Source: Psychrobacter sp. DM4 (lineage in GTDB: Bacteria; Pseudomonadota; Gammaproteobacteria; Pseudomonadales; Moraxellaceae). From it: a stretch of DNA of 32,000 bases. The position numbers and the translations under genes are program-made. Below are positions 18,856-28,392 of this stretch, one piece after another. Each line of letters begins with the position of its first letter. Position 1 is the stretch's first letter. The notes under the pieces were generated by a model, which was not told where the DNA came from, searched no databases, and saw only the letters and a list, made by a program, of their open reading frames with translations. The stretch is from assembly GCF_051307035.1 (NCBI RefSeq), contig NZ_CP195536.1:540001-572000 (forward strand), read 5' to 3'.

Positions 18856-19515
18856 ATGCAAGACAATTTTTTGATATTCATCACCAAAATCAGCCTATAC
18901 CCGACGATTGTCTTTACAGGTTTAGTCATGTTTGTCACTCTGTATTGGCTCGTGTCTTTATTGGGCATGGTGGATATGGATGCAATAGATGTGGGTGAAA
19001 CTGGTGATGTCTCTGACTTATCCTCGGTAGGATTCTTCTCAGGGTTACTGCTGAAGTTCGGCCTATACGGTGTGCCGCTCATTATTATCTTAACGCTCGT
19101 AAGCTTGATCGGTTGGTTACTGAGCTACGTTTACACAAGCTTGCTACATCAGTATTTTAGTTCAGGTCTCTTGTACTGGGTATTTGGTACAGGCGCATTG
19201 CTATTTGTGCTGGTAGTAGCCCTGTGGCTCACTGGCATTATTATCGCTCCGATTCGCAAAAACATTGCCAAAATCCCCAAGCGCAATGCTAGTAGTAATA
19301 TCGGTAAGATCGCCGTTGTACGTACGCTTAGCGTCACTGATAAACATGGTGAGGCTGAGCTAAATGATGGCGGCGCAGGACTGATACTCAAGATTCGTCC
19401 TGACATCAATGAGCATGGGTACTCGCTCAAACAGGGCGACAAGGTGTTATTGGTTGAGTATCTAGAGCATGCTAATACTTACCGAGTCGAGCGGGTTGAG
19501 GACAACTTACGCTAA
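18856..19515 (+). CDS. YqiJ-like / NfeD-like membrane protein (polytopic N-terminus, C-terminal OB-fold)
   Basis: Four hydrophobic segments followed by 'GKIAVVRTLSVTDKHGEAELNDGGAGLILKIR......L.QGDKVLLVEY', the NfeD-type OB-fold pattern. It sits directly upstream of a flotillin gene, as in E. coli yqiJ-yqiK. Confidence 0.7.
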   Translation: MQDNFLIFITKISLYPTIVFTGLVMFVTLYWLVSLLGMVDMDAIDVGETGDVSDLSSVGFFSGLLLKFGLYGVPLIIILTLVSLIGWLLSYVYTSLLHQYFSSGLLYWVFGTGALLFVLVVALWLTGIIIAPIRKNIAKIPKRNASSNIGKIAVVRTLSVTDKHGEAELNDGGAGLILKIRPDINEHGYSLKQGDKVLLVEYLEHANTYRVERVEDNLR

Positions 19516-19633
19516 ACAACGACTAGCGAAACAATAGCTAGTCAAAAGAATACTAGCTCAAACGAGTAACACTTATCGTGATTGCGATTTTATTTTTATA
19601 GTGGCATAGCCTGTTTTAATTAGAGGAATGAAT

Positions 19634-21592
19634 ATGGACATACTTATTATCGTCGGCGTGGTTGTGGTGCTGGCGTTTGTTTTCATCATGGCAGCGCTTT
19701 TGATGCTCAAAGCTTTTTACGTCAAGGTCGAGCAGGGCAAAGCACTGATCATTAACGGCGTAAACAAAATCGCTGTGCGTTTTGATGGCGGTTTTGTTTG
19801 GCCGATCATCAACAAAAAAGAGCTCATGCGCATCTCGCTTATTACGTTAGAGGTCGATCGCCGCGGTAAAGAAGGACTGATCTGTGCCGACAACATGCGC
19901 GCCGATATTACCGTCGCCTTTTATTTAAGGGTAAATGAAACCGAAGAAGACGTGCTTAAAGTTGCCAAATCCGTGGGCGTTGAGCGTGCCTCAGATAAAG
20001 TGGCAGTAAACGAGTTATTCAATGCAAAGTTCTCTGAAGCACTAAAAACGGTTGGTAAGCAGATAGATTTTGTCAAATTATTTGAGAACCGTAGTGAGTT
20101 TCGCGACAGTATCGTCCAAGAAATCGGTAATGATCTTAACGGTTATGTCCTAGAAGATGTCGCGATCGATTATTTGGAGCAAACGCCAAAATCCTCACTG
20201 GACTCGAGCAATATCTTGGATGCTGAAGGTATCAAAAAGATCACTCAGCTCACGGCCATGCAAAACATCATTACCAATGAGCTTGAGCGTGACGAAGAGC
20301 TGGCGGTAAAGAAGAAAAACGTCGAAACCAGAGAGGCTATGCTGGAGCTTGAGCGTCAACAAGCCGATGCTGAAGCCAAACAACAACGTGAGATCTCTTC
20401 GGTAATTGCACGTGAGACTGCTGAAACCCGTAAGATTGAAGAAGAAGAACGCAAAAAGTCTGAAACGGCGATCATTGTGGTTGAGCAGGACTTGGCAGTA
20501 CAGCGCGAAAACCAACAGCGTGAAATCGAAGTCGCTGAACAAAATCGTATGCGCGCCGTTATCATCGAGCAAGAAAAGGTTACTCGAGCACAGGATTTAG
20601 AAATTGTCTCGCGTGAGCGTGAAGTCAACTTGCAACGAATTGAGGCTGAAAAAGCGATTGAGCTTGAGAAAAAAGAGATCGCCAATGTCATCCGTGAGCG
20701 TATCGTCGTCGACAAGTCAGTAGCGCAAGAAGAAGAGCGTATTAAAGAAGTACGCGAAGTCAGTGAAGCCGATCGCGACAAGCAAACGCGCGTGTTAGCA
20801 GCTGAGGCGGAAGCCGAAGAAGGCAAAGTGCGTCAAGTCAAAAAGGCGGAGGCAGAAGAGTTATCTGCTAAGCACAAAGCGGTTGAAATCATGACCCTTG
20901 CCAATGCCAATCTAGAAGCCGCTGCAAAAGACTCAGAGGCCAAGATAAAAATGGCTGAAGGCACCAAAGCGGAAGAATCAGCGCGCGGTTTTGCTGAAGC
21001 GGCTATTCAAGAAGCTAAAGCCAGCTCACTTGAAAAAGAAGGTCTTGCCAAAGCCAATATCATCAAAGCGACTGGACAAGCGCAAGCACAATCTGATCGT
21101 GAAATTGGTATGGCTGATGCCGAGATCATCGCGGTTCGCGGTGAGTCGAATGCCAAAGCTGAGCGTGAAGTTGGACTGGCCAAAGCCGAAGTTACGCGTG
21201 CGCACTTCCAAGCCGAAGCCGATGGTTTGGTCGAGAAGTTCAATGCGATGGGTAGCATGAGCACTGAGGCGCGCGAGCACGAAGAGTTCCGCATGGGACT
21301 TGAAACCGCGCTACAAGAAGCGATGGCCTCTATCCAAGCCGGTAAAGAGATCGCCAAAGAAAATGCTGAAGTGTTAGCAGTGGCGCTACAAAAAGCCAAA
21401 ATCGATATCGTCGGCGGGGAGGCGCATTTCTTTGATAACTTCGCCAAGTCACTATCTATCGGCAAAGCTATCGATGGCCTTGCAGGCAAGTCTGATACTT
21501 TGAGCGGTATTATCAATACGATGATGGCGAGTCAGTTGAGCGGTAAGACCAATAAGTCTAGTAACGACGATTCTGATAACAAGCCTGCTTGA
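19634..21592 (+). CDS. flotillin-family SPFH/band-7 protein (YqiK-like) with extended E/A/K/R-rich coiled coil
   Basis: N-terminal TM anchor 'ILIIVGVVVVLAFVFIMAALLML'. SPFH core 'YVKVEQGKALIINGV.....RFDGGFVWPIINK....ISL.TL.VDR.G..GLIC.DN.RADI.VAFY.RV'. This is followed by about 400 aa of Glu/Ala/Lys/Arg-rich helical repeats. The AGAGGA RBS is too close to the ATG at 19628, so I prefer the ATG at 19634. Confidence 0.85.
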   Translation: MDILIIVGVVVVLAFVFIMAALLMLKAFYVKVEQGKALIINGVNKIAVRFDGGFVWPIINKKELMRISLITLEVDRRGKEGLICADNMRADITVAFYLRVNETEEDVLKVAKSVGVERASDKVAVNELFNAKFSEALKTVGKQIDFVKLFENRSEFRDSIVQEIGNDLNGYVLEDVAIDYLEQTPKSSLDSSNILDAEGIKKITQLTAMQNIITNELERDEELAVKKKNVETREAMLELERQQADAEAKQQREISSVIARETAETRKIEEEERKKSETAIIVVEQDLAVQRENQQREIEVAEQNRMRAVIIEQEKVTRAQDLEIVSREREVNLQRIEAEKAIELEKKEIANVIRERIVVDKSVAQEEERIKEVREVSEADRDKQTRVLAAEAEAEEGKVRQVKKAEAEELSAKHKAVEIMTLANANLEAAAKDSEAKIKMAEGTKAEESARGFAEAAIQEAKASSLEKEGLAKANIIKATGQAQAQSDREIGMADAEIIAVRGESNAKAEREVGLAKAEVTRAHFQAEADGLVEKFNAMGSMSTEAREHEEFRMGLETALQEAMASIQAGKEIAKENAEVLAVALQKAKIDIVGGEAHFFDNFAKSLSIGKAIDGLAGKSDTLSGIINTMMASQLSGKTNKSSNDDSDNKPA

Positions 21593-21613
21593 TAAGGTTG
21601 TATCACTAAAAAT

Positions 21614-21638
21614 CTGCCGCTTAGGTGGCAGGTTTTTG
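21614..21638 (+). terminator. Rho-independent terminator after the flotillin gene
   Basis: CTGCCGC-ttag-GTGGCAG (7-bp stem with one G-U pair) followed by gtttttgg. Confidence 0.65.
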
Positions 21639-21717
21639 GTGATAGGTTGGGTCTTTGACACAGCCTACAAAAACAGCATATCAAAATTTATGACATGACA
21701 CAGTCTATGGTTTAGTC

Positions 21718-21843
21718 GTAGGGTGCATTCCATGCACCATGCACTATGATAGTGTGATAATAGACAGTCTTATTTAAAAGATTTTCCCTGCTTAACGCGG
21801 CAGTGCTTTTTCATGGCTTTTAGGTGCTTAAAAAGCACCCTAC
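21718..21843. repeat. REP doublet (REPIN/BIME-like): two inverted GTAG-headed palindromes
   Basis: Left unit: GTAG-GGTGCAT-tcc-ATGCACC (21718-21738). Right unit: GGTGCT-taaaa-AGCACC-CTAC (21823-21843), which is the reverse complement of GTAG-GGTGCT-ttta-AGCACC. The termini GTAGGGTGC and GCACCCTAC are a perfect 9-bp inverted repeat. Confidence 0.6.
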
Positions 21844-21939
21844 CTATAATTTATAAAACGTTTTTTTAGACTAGCCCAAACTTTATCTTATAAAATTATA
21901 ATAATTCTCTATTGCCCAATATAAAGTGGACGACTCATA

Positions 21940-24900
21940 ATGGCGGATACGCAAAACCCAAACCCTTCTCATAGCCCAGATAAGAACCAGCAAAAGACGC
22001 AAGCGGACCAAACCGATCAGGCCGTGGCTTCAGGTAATGCTTATGAGCTGATCAAAAAACGCCTAACTGAGCAGGGTAATCGCTTAGAGGTGCAAACGGC
22101 TACGTTGAACAACGCGCGCTTACAAGAGTTTGGCAGTACGCAAATGCAAGTCATTGCGCGTACCCGTATCCGTACCGAATACAACTGCGTCGCACAGGAT
22201 ATGGTACAAGTCGGCGACTACTTGCTGTTTGGCTATAATGTCTTTATGGGGCTCAAGCGCGCGAGCACTGTCAAAGATGTGCTATCGCTCTACCGCTTGA
22301 CCGAACCTAGTAATAAAAGCAATGCTCAAGTTAGCGTTGATGACAACAGCAGTAATGCAGCCACTGATACGGCCGGAACCTTTACACAAGTTAAGTCTAC
22401 CGCGAGCAGGGACAATGATTATCAATTAGAAGAAGTTGATTTGGCGGGTACGTTTTTGGCGCAAGATAATTTTGTGCAAGACTTTAATGAGCTGTATCGC
22501 TATTACAAACAAACCCGTCTCATTCAAATAACGGTCAAAGACAGCAAACTACTACTAGCGTTTCAGATTGGCGAGCGCATTACCGATATTCGAGTGTTTC
22601 GATTTGCACTAGACTTCAGCGAAGGTACTCCTGAGGCGGCGCGTGTCGCTTATGTAGACAACCGTGGCGAGCGCGATATCGAACTGCCTCCTGCTTATGA
22701 TTTTGATTGGATTGAGACTACCCGTGATCAGATGATCAACGGCAAGTATCCGCACATGAATATCTTGGATACAGTCTTTGTGGAGACCATAGGCGGTGAT
22801 CTGACTATCAAAATAGAAGACAACACCCAATCAGGGCAAGGGATCTATAGCGAGTCGGTGAGTGATAGTACTCAGTCGCTCACCGATGCTGAAATTCATT
22901 ATGCCAAAGTTGGCAGTTTAATACTGCTCAAAATCCTGCCTTACCGAGAGGACAATTACCGCTATTTTGTCTATAACACTCTGACCGAGACGGTATTACG
23001 CTTGGATGCTATTGGGCAATCTTGTGTGCAATTGCCTGAGGATCATGGCATTATTTTCCCAGGCGGTTACTACCTACAGACGGGCGAGTATAAGCTATTC
23101 GATAGTAGCAATGGCGATGGCAATACGAGCAGCAGTACTGGTAAGAGTCTAAAGTTTAAGCGCCGTATCGTCTCACCTAATGGTGAAGATGTGCTGTTTT
23201 TATTTTATGACAGAGACTTAGGAGTCACTGGGTTATTCCCTTATAACCTCATCAAAAAACAATTAGCAAACCCTATCTATTGTAATGGTATGGCACTGGC
23301 TGAAAACGGTCGCTTAGTACTGTTCAGCGCGCAAAGCGACGCCTCACGTATTCATCCAATGCAGATATGGCACACGCCTTACGCCTCACAAGAGTATGTC
23401 AGCGAGCTGCCAGAGAGCACTAGCTTTTATGGCAAGATTGGCAATAAGGAGCTAGTACGCGGTATCTCAGACCTATATAGCATCACCCGCCTCATTGATA
23501 ATCAAAGCGTCTCACAAAAACTCTATGAGGAACTCGCTGATAATACCAGTCGCCTATTCGACAACTATTATTGGTTGTCTGAGCCTGACTTAACTGAGAT
23601 TGCGGGGAGTATCAAGGAAGTCACTGCGACCGCTGAGCTGGTCATTGATGAATTTGCCAAAGTACAGAGCATCCAAAAGCAAACTCAAAACGCGCTAGCG
23701 GAAGCTGAAACCAAACAGAACGAAATCGTACGACAAATTAAAATCACGACCTTTGAGAGTGCGAGTGATTACGTCGATCAGTTATCAAATATCAGACGTC
23801 AAAAAGGCCATTTAGTCAGCTTAGAGGACTTGCGATATTTAGACGGCGAAAAACTAGAGACGCTACAAGGCCAGTTAGAAGACGCCGAAGCTAATCTCGC
23901 TGAGCAAACCGTGGTCTATTTAAGCGCAGATAAAGCGCTATCGAGTTACGATGAGCTATTAGTAGACGTCAACGAGCGCCTTGAGACGGCAGAGACCAAT
24001 AGCGAGCTAAAACCTGTACTGGAGCAAATAGACAATACCGCGCAGGGATTGGATTTGCTAACCGAATTGCTCGGCACTTTAGATGTCGCCGATGCTACCG
24101 TACGTACGCAAATTATCGATGATATCTCAGCTATTTATTCACGCCTCAATCAAAGCAAAGCCAAGCTTAACCATAAACGCAAAAACCTTGGTTCAGCTGA
24201 GGCAGTTGCCCAGTTTGGCGCGCAGTTCAAGCTCTTTACGCAGTCGATCGCCAATGCCTTGTCGATTGCCAATACTCCTGAGAAGTCCGATGAGCAAATG
24301 GCCAAGTTACTGGTGCAATTAGAGGAGCTGGAGAGTCAATTTGCGGATCCTGAGACCAATAGTGGCGATCAGTTCTTAGCTGATATTATCACCAAGCGCG
24401 AAGAGATTTACGATACCTTTGAGAACCATAAACAGCAACTGCTCGATACCCGTAACCGTAGAGCGCAGAACTTAGGCGATGGTGCACTACGGATGCTTGA
24501 GAGCATCAAAAAGCGTACCCAAAGTACCGGGGTTACCGGCTTTATCGAAGAGGAGGCGCTCAACACTTACTTTGCCTCTGATGGCCTAGTACAAAAAGTA
24601 CGCGGTATCGCCAAAAGCTTGCAAGAGATGGGCTTTAGCGTCAAAGCCGATGATATCAATGCGCGCCTAAAAGCCCTTCAAATTGAGAGTTATAAGAGCC
24701 TCAAAGACAAGTCCGACTTGTTCGAAGAGGGCGGTCAAATTATCAAACTAGGCAGACATCGTTTTTCTGTCAATACTCAGCCATTAGATTTGACCTTGCT
24801 CAGTCGCGGGCACAACGACGGTACACGCATTCTGAATTTACATCTAACGGGCACAGACTATTACGAAGTGCTCGACAATGCTGAATTAAACGCCTTGCGT

Positions 24901-27900
24901 CCCTTTTGGGATATGAACATCGCCTCAGAGTCCGACAAAGTTTATCGTGCTGAATATTTGGCCTATAGCATCATCGAGAGCGCCAAAAATAGCCAAGACT
25001 GTCTGACTGAGGCGCGTCTATATCAGGCTTATGACGACACCGCTAGCGCTCTTAATAGCAGCGTCAGTAATACAGGCAATATTGACGACAGCCCACTTGC
25101 TAAACTAGTCAAAGCTCATGCTACGCCGCGCTATCAACTTGGGTACGACAAAGGCATTCATGATCATGACGCCACACGGCTGCTGATGCAAATATTGCCA
25201 ACACTGCGCGATGCCGGACTGCTGATATATACCCCACAAGTACGGGCGCTCGCGCAAGTGTTTTATTGGCAACTGGCTATCGTAAGGGCGCTCGGTCTGA
25301 GCAGTCTTAAGCAATACGGCTATTATGATCAGTGGCTCGATGACGTGCTACTTATGCGTATCGACAACTGGACTGACAGAGCCATGACCGCCGAGCAGCT
25401 GCGCCGCACTCTAGGTAGTGACACCGCCAAGGCGTTGCTAGTGGAAGATATGACGCAAGTGATGCGCCGCTTTGTCGCCGCTTATAGCGATAATAGCATC
25501 ACCAGTACTAACGGCACTAATAAAGAAGATAGCAAGGCTAATACTACCTTTGATAAGGAGCTGGAGACTAGCGGCATCCACAACGCCAATATTTTTAAGC
25601 AAAGCTATGTGGCTTTAGCTTGTGAATATTTAGTTAGCGTCATGGGTCAAACTGCTGATAGTAATGCAAGCTTAAGTACAGATCTAAAATCTGCTGCAAG
25701 CAAAAGTATCAAATGGCAGACGAGCAAGCAAGCGCAGGACTTGTGCAAACAGTTAGTAGAGACAGTCAGTAAAACCAGTACTGACGTTAGTGCTTCTTCC
25801 GCTAGCAACAAGGCGGGTTTTGAGCAGCTCCAAGTCGCGGTAGGCAAACTTGGCTTTCAGCCTAAATCTGCTTATGAGTTATTAGCGACTTGGTTCCATG
25901 CGCTACTCGATAAAGCCTATGCCAATAGCAAAGATGCTAATGCTAATAGTGATAGCAATGAGCTTAGTGAAGAACAGCGCGCCGAGCGTGAGACTCAAAA
26001 CGTACGACGTCAGCAACACTTACAGAGCGGTCGTCATTATGTGCCTGAAGCTATCGCAATTATGCTCACCCAGTTCAATGATGCTCAGCGCGAAACTTTA
26101 GTGCAGCGTCTTATCGACTCGGGTGCTAGCTTTGAGAATGGGGCGGCAAACGCTTCATCACGCTTATCCTTTAGCTCGGCTTCTTCTTTAACTAGTAGTA
26201 ATAACCCGCTCAATCAAGTGCAAAGCTTTGAGCGCGGCACAGGTGAGGTCGCGCTTGAGATTCAAGTTGATAATTTGCTCGGCGAGCACGAGCGTATTCA
26301 CAGCCAGACGCTCAGCTTTGCACTTGATGACTTCTTAAGCCGCTTGCATCATCATGAAAGCCAAGTTATTCCTGCTTATAGACGCTATCTCGCTATGCGC
26401 TCCGAGATCTTGCATGAAGCCCGCGAGGCGCTACGACTGGACGAATTTATGCCGCGTCCATTGTCCTCCTTTGTGCGCAACCGTTTGATCAATGAGAGCT
26501 ATCTGCCGCTCATCGGTGATAACCTTGCCAAGCAAATGGGAACGGTCGGCGAAGATAAGCGTACTGATCTGATGGGTATCCTGATGATGATATCGCCGCC
26601 AGGGTACGGTAAAACGACCCTGATGGAATATGTAGCAAACCGTCTCGGTCTTATCTTTATGAAGATTAACTGTCCGTCACTCGGTCATGATGTGACCTCG
26701 TTAGATCCCGAAAAAGCACCCAATGCGACAGCGCGTGAAGAGCTAAATAAAATTAATCTTGCCTTTGAGATGGGCAATAATGTCATGCTCTACTTGGATG
26801 ATATCCAGCATACGCATGCTGAATTTTTGCAAAAATTTATCTCACTTGGCGATGGCACGCGCCGTATCGATGGCGTCTGGCAAGGCAAGACTAAAACCTA
26901 TGACATGCGCGGCAAAAAGTTCTGCGTGGTCATGGCAGGTAACCCATACACCGAAAGCGGTGAGGCCTTTAAAGTGCCTGATATGCTCGCTAACCGTGCT
27001 GATATTTACAATTTAGGCGATATCATGAGCGGTATGGAGGAGGTCTTTGCACTCAGCTATATCGAGAACTCGCTCACCTCAAACAAGGTCCTTGCGCCTC
27101 TTGCTAATCGCGATTTGGCAGACGTGCATCGTTTGATTAAGATGGCAAAGGCAGACAATCCTAGTCTAGCGCAAGTGCAAGCTAGCGAGCTGACCTATCC
27201 GTATAGCACCTCGGAGATTAACGAGATCATCGCTATTCTGCGCCATATGTTCACTGTGCAAAAGGTGATCCTTGACGTTAACCAAGCCTACATCGCCTCG
27301 GCATCGCAAGATGATAAATACCGTGTTGAGCCGATATTTAAGCTCCAAGGCAGTTATCGTAATATGAATAAGATGACCGAAAAACTATCAGCAGTCATGA
27401 ATGATAATGAGCTGAACCAATTAATAGACGATCACTATTTAGGTGAGTCGCAACTGTTGACCCAAGGCGCAGAAAGCAACTTGCTCAAACTTGCAGAGAT
27501 GCGCGGCGAGCTTGACGATGCCGAAGCTGAGCGCTGGGCGCAAATCAAAGCCGACTTTTTGCGTAATAAAGCGATGGGCGGGGAGGACGGCGACGTTGGC
27601 GCTCGTATCGTCGCGCAACTGGTCGATCTTGCCAGCGGCTTCAATGCTATCAGCAGTCAGTTTGATACTTACCTTAGTCAAAACGATCCTGAGCAAACAG
27701 CGCGTCTTAGAGAAGCATCAGAACAAACAAAACGAGACGCGCAGCTTGAATCACAAAAACTACTCGCCGACAGCGTTATCACGGGTTTTGTAGATAACGC
27801 CAAAGTCGTCAGCGACAGCATCGATAATGGCTTTGGGAAAAGTATGAATCAGCTCATGCAAATCTATAAGCATGACCACGATGCTGAGGTGGCAGAAGGT

Positions 27901-28203
27901 GAGTCCCTCAAGCAAAATCAAGAGATGCAAAAAGCACTCATGGTGCAATTGGTCAGCGCAGTTGAACAATTAGCGCAGCAAATGGCTCAAAGTCTATCGA
28001 GTGGTGCTGACAATCAAGCCTCGAACACCGATCTCACTGAGCAAACCGCGTTACTGGTAAATGTGCTCAAGCAAGCGCTAGAGCCACTCACCATGCGACT
28101 AGACGAAAAGCTCGCCCTCGATACCAGCACGGAGCAATCGGGCAAGCTCATCGTTAACAGTCTTAATCAACTTAACAAAATATTTGATGAGCACCGCTCA
28201 TAG
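21940..28203 (+). CDS. giant (2,087 aa) uncharacterised protein with beta-rich N-terminal region, long coiled-coil/helical middle and one MoxR/AAA_5-like AAA+ ATPase module
   Basis: Uninterrupted 6,264-nt ORF. Walker A 'SPPGYGKTT' (K1558, nt 26611-26613). Walker B 'VMLYLDDIQH' (D1620/D1621, nt 26797-26802). 'VVMAGNPY' has N1668 at the sensor-1 position. 'PDMLANRADIY' contains R1686. All other-frame ORFs inside it are short shadows. Confidence 0.85.
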   Translation: MADTQNPNPSHSPDKNQQKTQADQTDQAVASGNAYELIKKRLTEQGNRLEVQTATLNNARLQEFGSTQMQVIARTRIRTEYNCVAQDMVQVGDYLLFGYNVFMGLKRASTVKDVLSLYRLTEPSNKSNAQVSVDDNSSNAATDTAGTFTQVKSTASRDNDYQLEEVDLAGTFLAQDNFVQDFNELYRYYKQTRLIQITVKDSKLLLAFQIGERITDIRVFRFALDFSEGTPEAARVAYVDNRGERDIELPPAYDFDWIETTRDQMINGKYPHMNILDTVFVETIGGDLTIKIEDNTQSGQGIYSESVSDSTQSLTDAEIHYAKVGSLILLKILPYREDNYRYFVYNTLTETVLRLDAIGQSCVQLPEDHGIIFPGGYYLQTGEYKLFDSSNGDGNTSSSTGKSLKFKRRIVSPNGEDVLFLFYDRDLGVTGLFPYNLIKKQLANPIYCNGMALAENGRLVLFSAQSDASRIHPMQIWHTPYASQEYVSELPESTSFYGKIGNKELVRGISDLYSITRLIDNQSVSQKLYEELADNTSRLFDNYYWLSEPDLTEIAGSIKEVTATAELVIDEFAKVQSIQKQTQNALAEAETKQNEIVRQIKITTFESASDYVDQLSNIRRQKGHLVSLEDLRYLDGEKLETLQGQLEDAEANLAEQTVVYLSADKALSSYDELLVDVNERLETAETNSELKPVLEQIDNTAQGLDLLTELLGTLDVADATVRTQIIDDISAIYSRLNQSKAKLNHKRKNLGSAEAVAQFGAQFKLFTQSIANALSIANTPEKSDEQMAKLLVQLEELESQFADPETNSGDQFLADIITKREEIYDTFENHKQQLLDTRNRRAQNLGDGALRMLESIKKRTQSTGVTGFIEEEALNTYFASDGLVQKVRGIAKSLQEMGFSVKADDINARLKALQIESYKSLKDKSDLFEEGGQIIKLGRHRFSVNTQPLDLTLLSRGHNDGTRILNLHLTGTDYYEVLDNAELNALRPFWDMNIASESDKVYRAEYLAYSIIESAKNSQDCLTEARLYQAYDDTASALNSSVSNTGNIDDSPLAKLVKAHATPRYQLGYDKGIHDHDATRLLMQILPTLRDAGLLIYTPQVRALAQVFYWQLAIVRALGLSSLKQYGYYDQWLDDVLLMRIDNWTDRAMTAEQLRRTLGSDTAKALLVEDMTQVMRRFVAAYSDNSITSTNGTNKEDSKANTTFDKELETSGIHNANIFKQSYVALACEYLVSVMGQTADSNASLSTDLKSAASKSIKWQTSKQAQDLCKQLVETVSKTSTDVSASSASNKAGFEQLQVAVGKLGFQPKSAYELLATWFHALLDKAYANSKDANANSDSNELSEEQRAERETQNVRRQQHLQSGRHYVPEAIAIMLTQFNDAQRETLVQRLIDSGASFENGAANASSRLSFSSASSLTSSNNPLNQVQSFERGTGEVALEIQVDNLLGEHERIHSQTLSFALDDFLSRLHHHESQVIPAYRRYLAMRSEILHEAREALRLDEFMPRPLSSFVRNRLINESYLPLIGDNLAKQMGTVGEDKRTDLMGILMMISPPGYGKTTLMEYVANRLGLIFMKINCPSLGHDVTSLDPEKAPNATAREELNKINLAFEMGNNVMLYLDDIQHTHAEFLQKFISLGDGTRRIDGVWQGKTKTYDMRGKKFCVVMAGNPYTESGEAFKVPDMLANRADIYNLGDIMSGMEEVFALSYIENSLTSNKVLAPLANRDLADVHRLIKMAKADNPSLAQVQASELTYPYSTSEINEIIAILRHMFTVQKVILDVNQAYIASASQDDKYRVEPIFKLQGSYRNMNKMTEKLSAVMNDNELNQLIDDHYLGESQLLTQGAESNLLKLAEMRGELDDAEAERWAQIKADFLRNKAMGGEDGDVGARIVAQLVDLASGFNAISSQFDTYLSQNDPEQTARLREASEQTKRDAQLESQKLLADSVITGFVDNAKVVSDSIDNGFGKSMNQLMQIYKHDHDAEVAEGESLKQNQEMQKALMVQLVSAVEQLAQQMAQSLSSGADNQASNTDLTEQTALLVNVLKQALEPLTMRLDEKLALDTSTEQSGKLIVNSLNQLNKIFDEHRS

Positions 28204-28223
28204 AGTAGGGTACAAGGAAAACT

Positions 28224-28388
28224 ATGGCACACAAAAAAAAGAACGTCCGCAAAAAAGAGTGCCCCGTCTGTGAGCGCGAGTTTAGTTGGACTAAAAAGCT
28301 CGATAAAAACTGGGAGAGTATGGTCTATTGCTCAGATCAATGCCGCCGGGTTAAGACCTATGAGAATGTAGAACATAAGAAAGGATAA
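28224..28388 (+). CDS. DUF2256-type small zinc-ribbon protein (54 aa), copy 1; not in ORF track
   Basis: My translation: [54 protein letters not shown]. It has the CPVC...YCSxxC four-Cys pattern with a basic 'W.KK' core. AAGGAAA RBS. The ATG lies 20 nt after the giant-ORF stop. Confidence 0.7.
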   Translation: MAHKKKNVRKKECPVCEREFSWTKKLDKNWESMVYCSDQCRRVKTYENVEHKKG

Positions 28389-28392
28389 AACC

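Noticed and set aside
20195-21516. Several 64-169-aa ORFs on both strands inside the flotillin gene (20195-20572, 20356-20826, 20406-20600, 20991-21260, 21007-21516, 21026-21280).
   Set aside because: They lie entirely within the SPFH/flotillin CDS. Their translations are low-complexity (S/A/R/L-rich) mirror images of the GAA/GCN/AAR-repeat coding strand. They lack starts with an RBS. I treat them as shadow ORFs.
22609-27969. A dozen 60-100-aa ORFs in other frames or strands inside the giant ORF, for example 24083-24322, 25647-25847, 26759-27016 and 27435-27793.
   Set aside because: All are nested in the single long open frame, which has coherent protein-like sequence and AAA+ motifs. None has a convincing start context.
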